NCBI RefSeq assembly: GCF_006345805.1
Contig: NC_042998.1
Location: forward strand, 201,128,001 to 201,192,000
From: Octopus sinensis
Taxonomy: Eukaryota
DNA length: 64,000 nucleotides
Direction: 5' to 3'
Positions 53,414 to 64,000 of the stretch are shown piece after piece; the stretch's first letter is position 1; each line of letters starts with the position of its first letter. The position numbers and the translations under genes are program-made. The notes below the pieces were generated by a model, which saw only the letters and a list, made by a program, of their open reading frames with translations, was not told where the DNA came from and made no database searches.

Positions 53414-54209
53414 CTATGTATCTATATACACATCTATATCCACAAACTCTCACACCATAACATATACACATTCACAAAGAGTGATATAGATATATAAATA
53501 GATAGTATAGATAGAGAGAGAGAGAGAGAGGGAGAAATAGAGAGAGAAATAAAGCAAGAGGATGGCGACTGTGGGAACAGGCAAGACGCTAAACAATGCT
53601 TGGGACAGAAATATGTAAATGTAGATTGTATATTAATTTTTGGTGTTGCTTGCATCTCAATAATACACAACACGTGTTCTTGAAGGCTGCTAAATTTACC
53701 TGATACAGGTTGGTCCAGTGAGTTTAGCATTGATTTCTCTGCTCTGATATTCACTTGTACTCAGACACACCGTCTTTTGTTGTTACAATGACGGCAGCTA
53801 ATTGTCTCGCATACAATATTCCGTATAGTAATCTCCTTTCCTGTACTTGGCATTTGCTGTTATACATAAAGAATAGCATGGACACGTTTATGTGTGTGTA
53901 AATTTAATCTTTGTAAATCCGAGTAAATGACATGCATACATCTATATCAACATCTGTACATTGTTATGCATGTATGTATGAATGTATGTATGTATGTATA
54001 AAAGTATGAGCGAATGTACATTTGCCTCTATATAAGTTTGTATGTAATAAGTATTAAGGTGAACTACTTACTCATAAATGCAGCCATGCAGTTTCGCAAC
54101 GTACATATACATAGACAAATATACACAAACACACATACACACTCACGTATACGTATATTTGTGTACATATGTGTGTGATGTACATTTGCACATATAAACA
54201 CATATATGT

Positions 54210-54240
<31 letters not shown>

Positions 54241-54324
54241 CATACATATATATATTATATATATGTATATATATATGTATATATATATATTATATGTATA
54301 TATATATATATATTATATATATAT

Positions 54325-54372
<48 letters not shown>

Positions 54373-54399
54373 ATATGTATATATATATATATATATATA

Positions 54400-54521
<122 letters not shown>

Positions 54522-54545
54522 TATATATATATATATATATATATA

Positions 54546-54725
54546 GGGAGAATTCACGAAAAATAAAAGACGAAGACAGATGGTATAGAAAACAAACAGA
54601 TGTATTAGTATAACGTTAAGGAATTGAAAAATTCTTTTACGTTTCGAGCTTACCCTCTTCTACAGAAAGGAACACAGAAAGAAACAAGGAGAGTAAAAAA
54701 ACGATTGGAGTGGCTACCTACAGGT
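54546..54725 (-). mobile_element. Penelope-type terminal fragment with hammerhead variant (family D, copy 2)
   Basis: Minus 54669-54634 reads cttt-CTGTAGA-a-gagg(gtaa)gctc-GAA-ACGT-A-aaag, with a perfect 4-bp stem I. The 3' end abuts (TA)n. Confidence 0.8.
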
Positions 54726-57534
54726 ATATACGTATTTGCGTATGTATGTATACTCACGATCTTAAAACACAATTATGCTTATATAATAAGATTTAAGACA
54801 AATATATATGTAGAAATATGAGTGTAAATGAAGTGGGTTTTTAAAAATTCGATGCATATTATTACTATTTAATAACATCGTTATTTATTTCGACTGAAAT
54901 TATAATACTCACTTTAAAATATGAAAATAAACTTCATGTACGTTTGTGAAGGATAGTCAAAATCAAGATGTCTGATAGCTATAGTTATTCTCTGTTCGAC
55001 AAACCTATATTCACTAAGTATTAGCTGTCATGACTTGACATTTCATTAAAACTGAGATATAACAAAAAGATCGGAAGGAGTCATTTCCGGCTTTGACGCG
55101 CCAAAACGAAGACATTTGTGATATATCTCCAAATATAATTGATAGAACAGTATACATGTTATCTTTCATGTGGATGTCTTGTGTATAATTCTGCAAATTA
55201 TATTTTCTATGACGGTTGCACTGATGAATTGCGGACATTTACGTATGTATATATGTAAATGGTAACACTGAAACCTGGTATGTGATTAATCATTATCTTT
55301 TTTATCTTTTCATTTGTCTTGCTCGCTTACGTTCGAGCGTTTGTCGAATTTTCTTGGGAACAATTTTTTCTTAGTGGTCAGACCATATGGGTTCTATATT
55401 TAGCATATCGGATGTCCACTTAGTGGTCATCCCTCTTATATGTATGTAATATAATTTTTCTGAATCCATATTTTGTCTACATACTAGGCAACTGGTTTAA
55501 ATTGATATTAATCAAATTAATATCAATGTTTTACCCTTCTCTCTCGCACGTACACACACACATAATTCGGTCCCATGTGACATAAAATCAATTAAACTTC
55601 ATTAATTAAGAACCTTACGAAATTTTAATCACATGGACCCGAATCAAACTGTTTTAAATAATAACATATGTAATTCATGCTAAATATGCTGAGGGCGTCT
55701 TTCTTTGAGCCAGAATTGATTCATGTTGATGCACTCCCGCGTGTGTATATTTTTAGATCTTTCTACCTGCTTCAGTAATTTGCAGTCGCCTTGAATAACT
55801 TTTAGTGGAATGAATCGAGGTTATTGTTTATTTCTAAGGATGCTTCAGCGATTACCTAAGAATAAAAGCGTATAAAATATAACATGAGCTATACCGATCC
55901 CGTAAAATATTACAGTTGAACTCTTAAATTACAAACGATTCACATTCGGGGTGGTGTGTTGACTTATCCCTATGATTATAAAAATTAAGTAAAAAAAAAG
56001 ACATTTATAATATTGGTAAACTCTTTTAATTATCTTAGATATAATGAGTAAGTCCATATCCTCATGATACACCTTAGCGCAAAGATAATTAGGAAGAAAG
56101 AATGATTATTACAACATCCAGATAAAATTCGTATAAACACTGAACAAATATCTGAGTGCAGTTGGAATGAAAACATCGGTTATTCATGTAAACTAGTTGA
56201 ATTTTTGAATATTCCACGGACGACGCATCCATTATAACATTCTTATATTTTACCATTAATAACATTTCCGCTGCTTGAAAAGAATTAGTTCAGCAAAGAA
56301 CAGCAGGTGAAATGCAACAATAGTTTCTGGTGCGTATATTATAGTAATATAAATTCGCTTCGTAGTTAATAGTGAAAAATTGCTGATGAAATTTCACACA
56401 CATTTTTTTCTATTCAACAAAGACCTAAGTACCGCCACTCATAATAAAATGCATTCCTATGCAGATTATATCACTTCCTTTTGTCTAATTTGTTGGTCCC
56501 AGATATCAACTACACGTACCTCAAATACTTCACGTCACACTTATACTATCGCCATAGGACAATCCTCAGAAACATCCTTCAAGCGCTGATGTCATTCTGG
56601 GTTTTTGTACAGCATCAACACACAGTCACTGCATATCACCAAACATTATCCTACATCGTCGTAAACATAAAATGCACGCAAATACCTTTTTGATCTCAGC
56701 TTCACGAAGAGACTTTCATAGTGATAGTACATCTTTAACATATCAAACTTGTTTCTCTTCAGATGGAGAGTATACATCAGACCACATTAACCAGCGTTTT
56801 ACAGAAATCATTTAGAGCGCAAATTGTACGCCTAGGATACTGTTGCTGCCGCTGCTATAGATAGACATTTCCTAGATCGCATCCACATAGCAGCAACTCT
56901 ATAGAATTCTTTTCGTTTCACTTAAGCGTCTGTTCCACAAACTTGGTAATTCCTCTATCCATATCTCTCTATCTCTGCCTTTTGAAAGTGCAAGTAAAAT
57001 GGTATCCGTTCCCCTAAAAGATGGTTGTTTTCCAATTCCAACGATTACCCTAGATTACTTCTACTGCATTTTTGTGGCCCAAAGTGCGTCCATTTTAATA
57101 TTATAACCAGTAAAAAGTGTTAAATTCAACGATCTCTCTCCAGGTGTATCGTTCAAAAGGATTTCTTCTCCGTGCGTGTCTTCACTGTGGTTATTGATCA
57201 ACAACCATTCAAGAGGTGGATCAAAATCTATTAGCAGATTAGTGGGGAAATTTTCCAAACAATATCCATCAAGTCATTTACTCAAGATTAAGCTGCAAAT
57301 AAATATTGGAAGTTGCTTGCTTCGTAACTCATCTCTTAATACAACTCTCACTTGTCATCCTGTTTTGACCCAAAGGATACGTGCAAGACATAATACACAA
57401 ACCTTCCAGCACATTCAATACTCTGACAATTATTTATCGGCACCGATTTTCGCGCAACAATTTATTTTGAGCCGTAATTCACACTATTTTCAAATCATAT
57501 TGAGATCAAATTTTCCTTTTATCGTTATGACATA

Positions 57535-57627
<93 letters not shown>

Positions 57628-57733
57628 TGTGTGTGTGCATGTATGTATGTATGTATGTATGTATGTATGTGTAAGTGATATGCGTGGCTAACTAGCAATT
57701 TTACAACCAAAAGGCTACACTGATAAACTGATA

Positions 57734-58110
57734 AAGGGCACTGATCAACACCAGTATTGCTAGAAATAATAGTCAAAACAACTCAATAGCCACCAAATCA
57801 TTATCTGAATGACTGACAAAGATGACAAGCTCCCTGCGGTCGCAGATGATTCCACCCTTGACGCATCTTAATGATCATCGGTGGCTCTCACTGCGACTAG
57901 GGTTAAACTCAGCTCACCTTGTCAGCTTATAAGATTTCCGTTGAACTCATATGCTGATCTGTTAAACGGTATAAGTGGAAATTTTAAATAATATGGGTGG
58001 CTAATACGCAATTTTATAACCTAAAGTTAGAAATATATACTTCACTAAAATGACAAGGGGCACTAATGAGCACCAGTATTGCTAGAAATAAGAGTCAATA
58101 CACCTCAATA
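57734..58110 (+). repeat. Direct repeat of about 55 bp (57734-57790 and 58055-58110)
   Basis: Both copies share caccagtattgctagaaataa exactly, with similar flanks. Confidence 0.75.
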
Positions 58111-58813
58111 TATATTTCACTAGTATTAATTTTTTTCTTTCAATTTAGATAAATCAAAAAACTTATAAAAGTTATTTTGTACTCTATAGTAGATCCGTAC
58201 ATCTCTTTCCAAGTAAGGTAATAATCAGAGTACAAATCAAGTACGTGTGACCTTTCTATAGAATTAATATGCTAGTTTTGTTTAAGGGAGAGTAGAGTAT
58301 GACTTCGAATTAATATTAATACAGATCAATATGACTTCGAATACCTTATTAATATAGATCAACCTGATTTAATTTCACATTGTACACTCTACCACGCAAT
58401 GCTTTCGTATGTCGAAGATGCCGAAATGTATCCAATGACTTAGAAGGATACTTAAGGAAATTATGTGAAATACTTGATAATATGCAGATGTTAGTGGATA
58501 GATAAACTTAGTCTGTTTAAATCTGATGGTTGTTGTTAAAAGGATAACATTAATCCAAACAAAACTGCTGACAAGCACGGAAAGATGCCAAATGTGTATA
58601 CGTGTACAAACATGATATCAGCAAGGTAAATTTCAAAAATAAACATAAGATCCCAATTTTGTGTGCACGAATTGTTCGGAGATCGATTACTACAAGAATA
58701 ATCTGTTTTGTATTTCATGATCACAAGCAATAAATTTAGATGTCATGAAAATAGCACAAGCTATTAAAGGGGAGATATATGAAAGGAAGATATTGAAGCG
58801 TATATTATAATAC

Positions 58814-59130
58814 GTGGAGGCGCAATGGCCCAGTGGTTAGGGCAGCGGACTCGCGGTCGCAGGATCGCGGTTTCGATTCCCAGACCGGGCGTTGTGTGTG
58901 TTTATTTAGCGAAAACACCTAAAGCTCCACGAGGCTCCGGCAGGGGATGGTGGTGGCAACCCCTGTTGTACTCTTTCGCCCCAACTTTCTCTCACTGTGT
59001 CTTGCTGTTTCTTGAGTAACGCTGCGATGAACTGCTGTCCTGTCCAGCTCGGGGTGGGGACACATGCGCAACAGAAACCGGGAAACCTGGTCCATGAGAC
59101 TGGTTAGGCTTGAAAAGGGCTCATAAATAA
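58814..59130 (+). mobile_element. tRNA-Arg-like SINE, tail type 4
   Basis: Same head and core; the tail is ..gtccagctcggggtgggg..gaaaccgggaaacctggtccatgag... TSD atattat(a/g)atac at 58802-58813 and 59131-59142. Confidence 0.9.
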
Positions 59131-59467
59131 ATATTATGATACATGTGCAAACTTAAGATGAATTTTCATATTTAAAAGTGAGTCAATAATTTGTACAGAC
59201 AGAATATATGTTAGATTTCTACACAATTTCCACCTATTTTCACTCATATTATGTTCGTCAATAAACCTCTGTGATTAAAGTCCAAATACTAAGTAGCGGG
59301 CTCCCGCTTTATTCAAAAGCAAAAAAGATTAAACAAATTCGCAACAGAAATAAAAATATACACTCATGTATAGTCCCATGAAGACATTATTCACCATGAC
59401 TGACAGTTGATTGCCAGGATACTGAAACAGTTTTTATGATTTTAATAGTTCTTGATATTTGCACACT

Positions 59468-59650
59468 TCAAGGCGGCAAGCTGTGTAAAATCCTTAGGAA
59501 GCCGGTCAAAATGTTCAGTGGCGCCATCCGTTCAAACTCTGCCGAGGTCGGCTTTTCTCTCATTCTTTTAGGGTGGACAAAATAAGTACCAGTGGAGCAC
59601 TGGTGTCTATATAATGCCTGTCCCAAAACTGCTATGTATGTGCCAAAATC
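59468..59650 (+). mobile_element. SINE (gcctttcatcc core family), decayed
   Basis: aaggcggcaagctg..gttcaaactctgccgaggtcggc..aaataagtaccagt. Confidence 0.8.
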
Positions 59651-59713
59651 GTAAGCGATATTTGCGCAGTTTCAGTAAATGATCTCGTTGAATGTAAAAT
59701 GTGTTAAGTATAT

Positions 59714-59945
59714 ATTTCTTTACTTCCCACAAAGGGCTAAACACAGAGGGGGCAAACAGGGAGAGACACACGAATTAAGTCGATTGCATCAACCTCAGTT
59801 CGTAACTTGTACTTAATTTATCGACCCTGAAAGGATGAGAGGCAAAGTCGAGCACGGCGGAATTTGAACTCAGAACGTAACGGCAGACGAAATAGCGCTT
59901 AGCATTCCGTCCAGCGTGCTAAAGATTCTGCCAGTTCGCCGCCTT
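59714..59945 (-). mobile_element. SINE (gcctttcatcc core family)
   Basis: Full head-to-tail homology. The 17-bp TSD aaatgtgttaa(g/c)tatat lies at 59697-59713 and 59947-59963. Confidence 0.9.
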
Positions 59946-61091
59946 GAAATGTGTTAACTATATCGATAGCTGGAGACTAAGAAAGAATTATAAATGCTCG
60001 TACATCATATGTATAATCCTTTTCTTAAATAAATAGCAGTGCTTTTTAAATTGTGACAATACTACTTAAGAAATAAGCTTTATCAATTATGCATTTAGAA
60101 TAAAAAATAGATGCTTTATCTTCTTTAGAATTACTTAATAGCACGAAAAATGAATTATATTTCAAATATTAACGCTTTACATTGAATATCAGGAATTTAC
60201 CTGTTCATATTTTCTCGAATATATGTAAGGAAATCAATGTTGTTATAAAGGCAGATATGTGAGTAAGTGTATTTATATACGGGTGTGTGCGTGTCTGTCT
60301 ATCTGTATAAGTGTCTGTATTTGTATACGATATTTATACGTTTATTCATATACGTGTTTATATGTACGTATACCAATATATTTATACCCACCGACACACA
60401 AGTACTTGAACATATATATATATATATATGAGGGGTAATGAATTCCACAGAAGATACTCCCAGCCTATGCACTCGTTCAGATCCAGAGACAGAGAGGACT
60501 CTACTTCCCTGTCTCATTTTCTCTAAAATTTCCGTGACCTCCAAGACCAAACACCCAGTATCAAACACCTGCGATCCCAACTGCCAGCTCTATCTCCGCG
60601 AAAAAACTGCATATCCTCTACCAACCGCAGTATCCATCAACGCGTATATACATATGCATATAGGAATGAATACGTATGTGTGCGTGTATGTGTGCATGTG
60701 TGTTCATGCGTGTTTGAGCGCGTGTATTTGCGTGTGTGAGCGCGCCCGTGTGTGTATGTGTGAGTGTGTGGGTTGCCGCGTGCACATCCGTGTACACATT
60801 AACGGCAGACGAAATACGGCTACGAATTTCGTCCGGCGTGTTAACTTTTCTGCCAGCTCGCCGACATGAAACCACGACGCTGCGTGACATTGCTCGACCA
60901 ATCTCAGACCATCTTACGGTAATAAGAATCAAGTTTTGTTATTCATATTCAAAATGGCTGAACACTAGCATCGCATATGAAACTCAAGTGTAATAACGAA
61001 TATGAATCAAACTATTTTGATCCATACATGTAACTTCCAATAAATTTGTTGAGTGCCTTTATTTCAATTGTCTATTCACTCGTGCATATAT

Positions 61092-61147
<56 letters not shown>

Positions 61148-61148
<1 letters not shown>

Positions 61149-61283
61149 GGGGGGGAGAATTCACAAAAAAAAACGTAAGACGAAACAGGTGGTGTAGACA
61201 ACAAACAAATACATCATTTTAACGCTCGGGAAGTGAAAAGTCTTTAACGTTTCGAGCCTACTTTCCTCCACAGTGAGGAACAT
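61148..61283 (-). mobile_element. Penelope-type terminal fragment with hammerhead variant (family D, copy 4)
   Basis: Minus 61277-61242 reads CTGTGGA-g-gaaa(gtag)gctc-GAA-ACGT-T-aaag. The 3' end abuts (TA)n(GA)n. Confidence 0.72.
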
Positions 61284-61424
61284 ATATATATAATTTTTCT
61301 AAATTTAATTATTTAATCGTTACAGTTGAAAATGTCTCAAATGACTGAAACCGGTACTGAAATTTTCTTTATGAAATTATTTTAGCATTTTCTATCTTGA
61401 CTTGTTTTTTCATATATATATATA

Positions 61425-61575
61425 GTTCAAATTTACAGGAAAACAAAAGACGAAGGCAGGTGTATAAACAACAAGCAGGTGTATAAGTTTGACGGTCGGG
61501 AAAGTGAAAAATTATTTTACGTTTCGAGCCTACGCTCTTCAACTGAAAGGAACACAGAAAGAAACAAGGAGAGAC
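61425..61575 (-). mobile_element. Penelope-type terminal fragment with hammerhead variant (family D, copy 5)
   Basis: Minus 61549-61514 reads cttt-CAGTTGA-a-gagc(gtag)gctc-GAA-ACGT-A-aaat. The 3' end abuts (TA)n. Confidence 0.72.
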
Positions 61576-61790
61576 TTTGTGTCTATGTTTGTCTCCTCCA
61601 CATCTTGACAACCGGCGATCGTGTGTTTAGGTCGCGGTAACGTAACGGTTCAGCAGAGATATCGATAAAATAAGTATCAGGCTTTACAAATAAATAAGTA
61701 CTGGCATCGTTACATTCGACTAAATATTCTTCAAAGAGACGCTCCAGCATGGCCGTAGTCTACTGAGTGAAACAAGTAAAAGATACAAAA
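61575..61790 (+). mobile_element. 3' half of the 37319-type SINE
   Basis: ttgacaacc..gtgtttag..ggttc.gca..gataaaataagta..gctccagcatggccgtagtc..gaaacaagtaaaaga. Confidence 0.8.
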
Positions 61791-63825
61791 TGAAAAAAAT
61801 TAAAAACAAGTGTGTGCGTATGTGGTTGTGAGTGTGCTTGTGTGTATCCATGCATAATTATATTTATGTATACATATACATATATGTGCCTGAGTTAGTG
61901 TTTGTGTGTCATGATTTGTCGCATGGGGTAAATAAATGTGAGTCCGTTGTTACTTAATGCATGTTGGGTTATTTAATTAGCTCCGTGTATGTTCTGACGA
62001 ATCTGTTGCTTTCTCACGCAGAGTGAAACTAATAAGATGTTTCGGCGAAGTATTGGACTTAATCAGATCATATATATGTCATTTAATTTGTTGATACAGT
62101 TGTTATGATCATTTTCGAACTCACAATACACAAAATGAATATAGTTAACCATTTTCTCCAATGCAAGGCAACGCTCTACTGACAAATCCGTCCCCATAAA
62201 TTATTGACATGTGTTAGTATATGAATGGCTATACATGTTCTTTAATTATGGTAGCAAATGGAATGACATATCTTCAATCGTGAATCGTGGATTTATGTTT
62301 TAAACGCGGAATCGATTATTATCAGTTACCATAATATATATATATAGCTGAGTTAGAAAGCATTTTACACTTTATTTTACTGTTTACAAGCGTGTCTATA
62401 TATTTCATGAATAGAGAATATGTAAATATTTTTAGCACAAATCCTAGAACAGAAATAGTATTGTAAGCGTACACTTGCCAGGTAACAAAACATATAAGGA
62501 AACATCATTTCTAATCAGCTATAACACAGTAGTGGTTAATGAATAGCGTCTGATTGACGGTATAATGCTATAAAATGTACGAGAATTAATGTTCTTTATG
62601 TTGTGTAGTTAAAAAGAGAGAAGATAAATGAGTTCATTCACAGCTGATTATTTAAAAGCTAAACTATACAACTGGAGTACAGAACACATGCACAAAATGA
62701 CCTCGGTGAATGAACTGAGTGTTAAGTGAAAGAATAACATTTAGAGTGCTTCCACAAGAGTAAAATTTAGTTTATAAAGTATCAATGTATTGTGTAAAAA
62801 CTGTGTTTACCTCACCTTAATTCGGATCTTTGACGAAGTGATGTTTCGAACACAACTGTAATGCGTTACAGAATCTCCTAACAAACAGTATTGATGTTAA
62901 ATTCGATAACTGGAGAATAGATCTTATTTTGTCAGAAACATTCAGATATAGCACTACATAGAAAACTAAATCAGAACTGACAAAATCATTTCATTCCATA
63001 CGTGTGCAGTATATTATATTTGATAGATCAGCTAATCATATCAAACTAAAATCTATACCAAACCAATTTTCATTATAATCCATGTGGGAGATACTGCTCA
63101 GGAAATAATAGGTTGAAATAAAACGAAAACAAATATGCATAAAATCATTAAGACATCTATTTCATTGCCATTCTATTTTATTTCTCTACATAACATTTTG
63201 TGGCAAACTATGTTTATATGCTTTCAATGCAATTTCATGTTTACTCACAGATTTGAGGAAACAAAACAAAGAAAAAATATATAAATGTGTGCGAAAGAAT
63301 CACCTTTGAATGGTTTTGCTTTTAATACAACTGTTTAAAAGCGAAAGAGGATGTATTTATTTTATTTTTCTATATATTTCTCGGTTTCTATTCTGTCGGT
63401 GATATAATGATGAGATACATTTAATATATGTTGTTTTGTCATTGCAAAACTCACAACCATTAACATTGTATACAACTTACATTATTTTGTATGTAGAGGT
63501 AGATAATATCAAAATATTGATATATGTGTGATTTCTCCATTTATGATGTTGATATAAAAATAGATTAACATATGTATGTAATGCAAACGTCCGGTAAACT
63601 TTAAATGCTTTTTGTAACACGACCGCAGAGATAAAATTTTCGCGGTGAGAGTAAGAGGGTGAAATTAGATTGTGTAAGATCACATTCGACCGAATTACAG
63701 CTTAAACTACTAAAAATCGAAGGCTTTCTCTTGTGTCACAACGAATGTCAAACCTCTACAGTAATTGGTCTAACACATATATCAACGTACCTACCTACAT
63801 ACATATATATTTAGCTATCAATCAT

Positions 63826-63912
<87 letters not shown>

Positions 63913-64000
63913 GTATATATATATATCCCTGTCTGTCTCTCTGTCTCTGTGTCAGTCGAACTAGTCTTTCTCTATTTCCCTCTTACTCTCTCTTTTCCCT

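Noticed and set aside
53709-53717. Possible 9-nt microexon (cag|GTTGGTCCA|gtgagt)
   Set aside because: There is no real polypyrimidine tract, and such a match is expected by chance.
57061-57258. Protein-like minus ORF (DFDPPLEWLLINNH...)
   Set aside because: The donor is weak, there is no recognisable domain, and ORFs of this length are expected by chance.
58375-58730. Hydrophobic minus-strand ORFs with faint GPCR-like motifs (YLADIMF, WINVILLTTTIRF..YPL)
   Set aside because: They need a frameshift, the TM2-TM3 spacing is too short, and AT-rich DNA gives hydrophobic peptides by chance.

Overview
AT-rich, microsatellite-saturated eukaryotic DNA, apparently intronic or intergenic. The SINE repertoire and the (TA)n/(CA)n/(GA)n/(TAA)n density suggest an Octopus-type cephalopod genome (inference). 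No intact host gene is supportable. Most of the long ORFs in the track are microsatellite read-throughs. The window is a mosaic of mobile elements: a near full-length CR1-group LINE (1.5-5.8 kb, APE plus RT, with an unusual Myb/SANT-like ORF1), several Penelope-like (RT/GIY-YIG) relics, an R4/Dong fragment inside a (TAA)n tract, two full-length decayed mariners with TIRs, Tc1 and maT fossils, a palindromic long-TIR MITE, a Helentron/DINE-like element, three tRNA-derived SINE families, and a 2.1-kb tandem duplication. The most notable signal is a set of at least nine minimal type-I hammerhead-ribozyme-like motifs in Penelope-derived termini. One family of five copies carries a non-canonical core C-U-G-U-N-G-A (A6U). 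In it, position 7 takes all four bases while G5, U6, G8, A9 and GAAACGU stay fixed. Two other families carry CCGACGA (U4C). A few weak candidate host exons are noted, including a 33-nt microexon with strong splice sites at 9222-9254.
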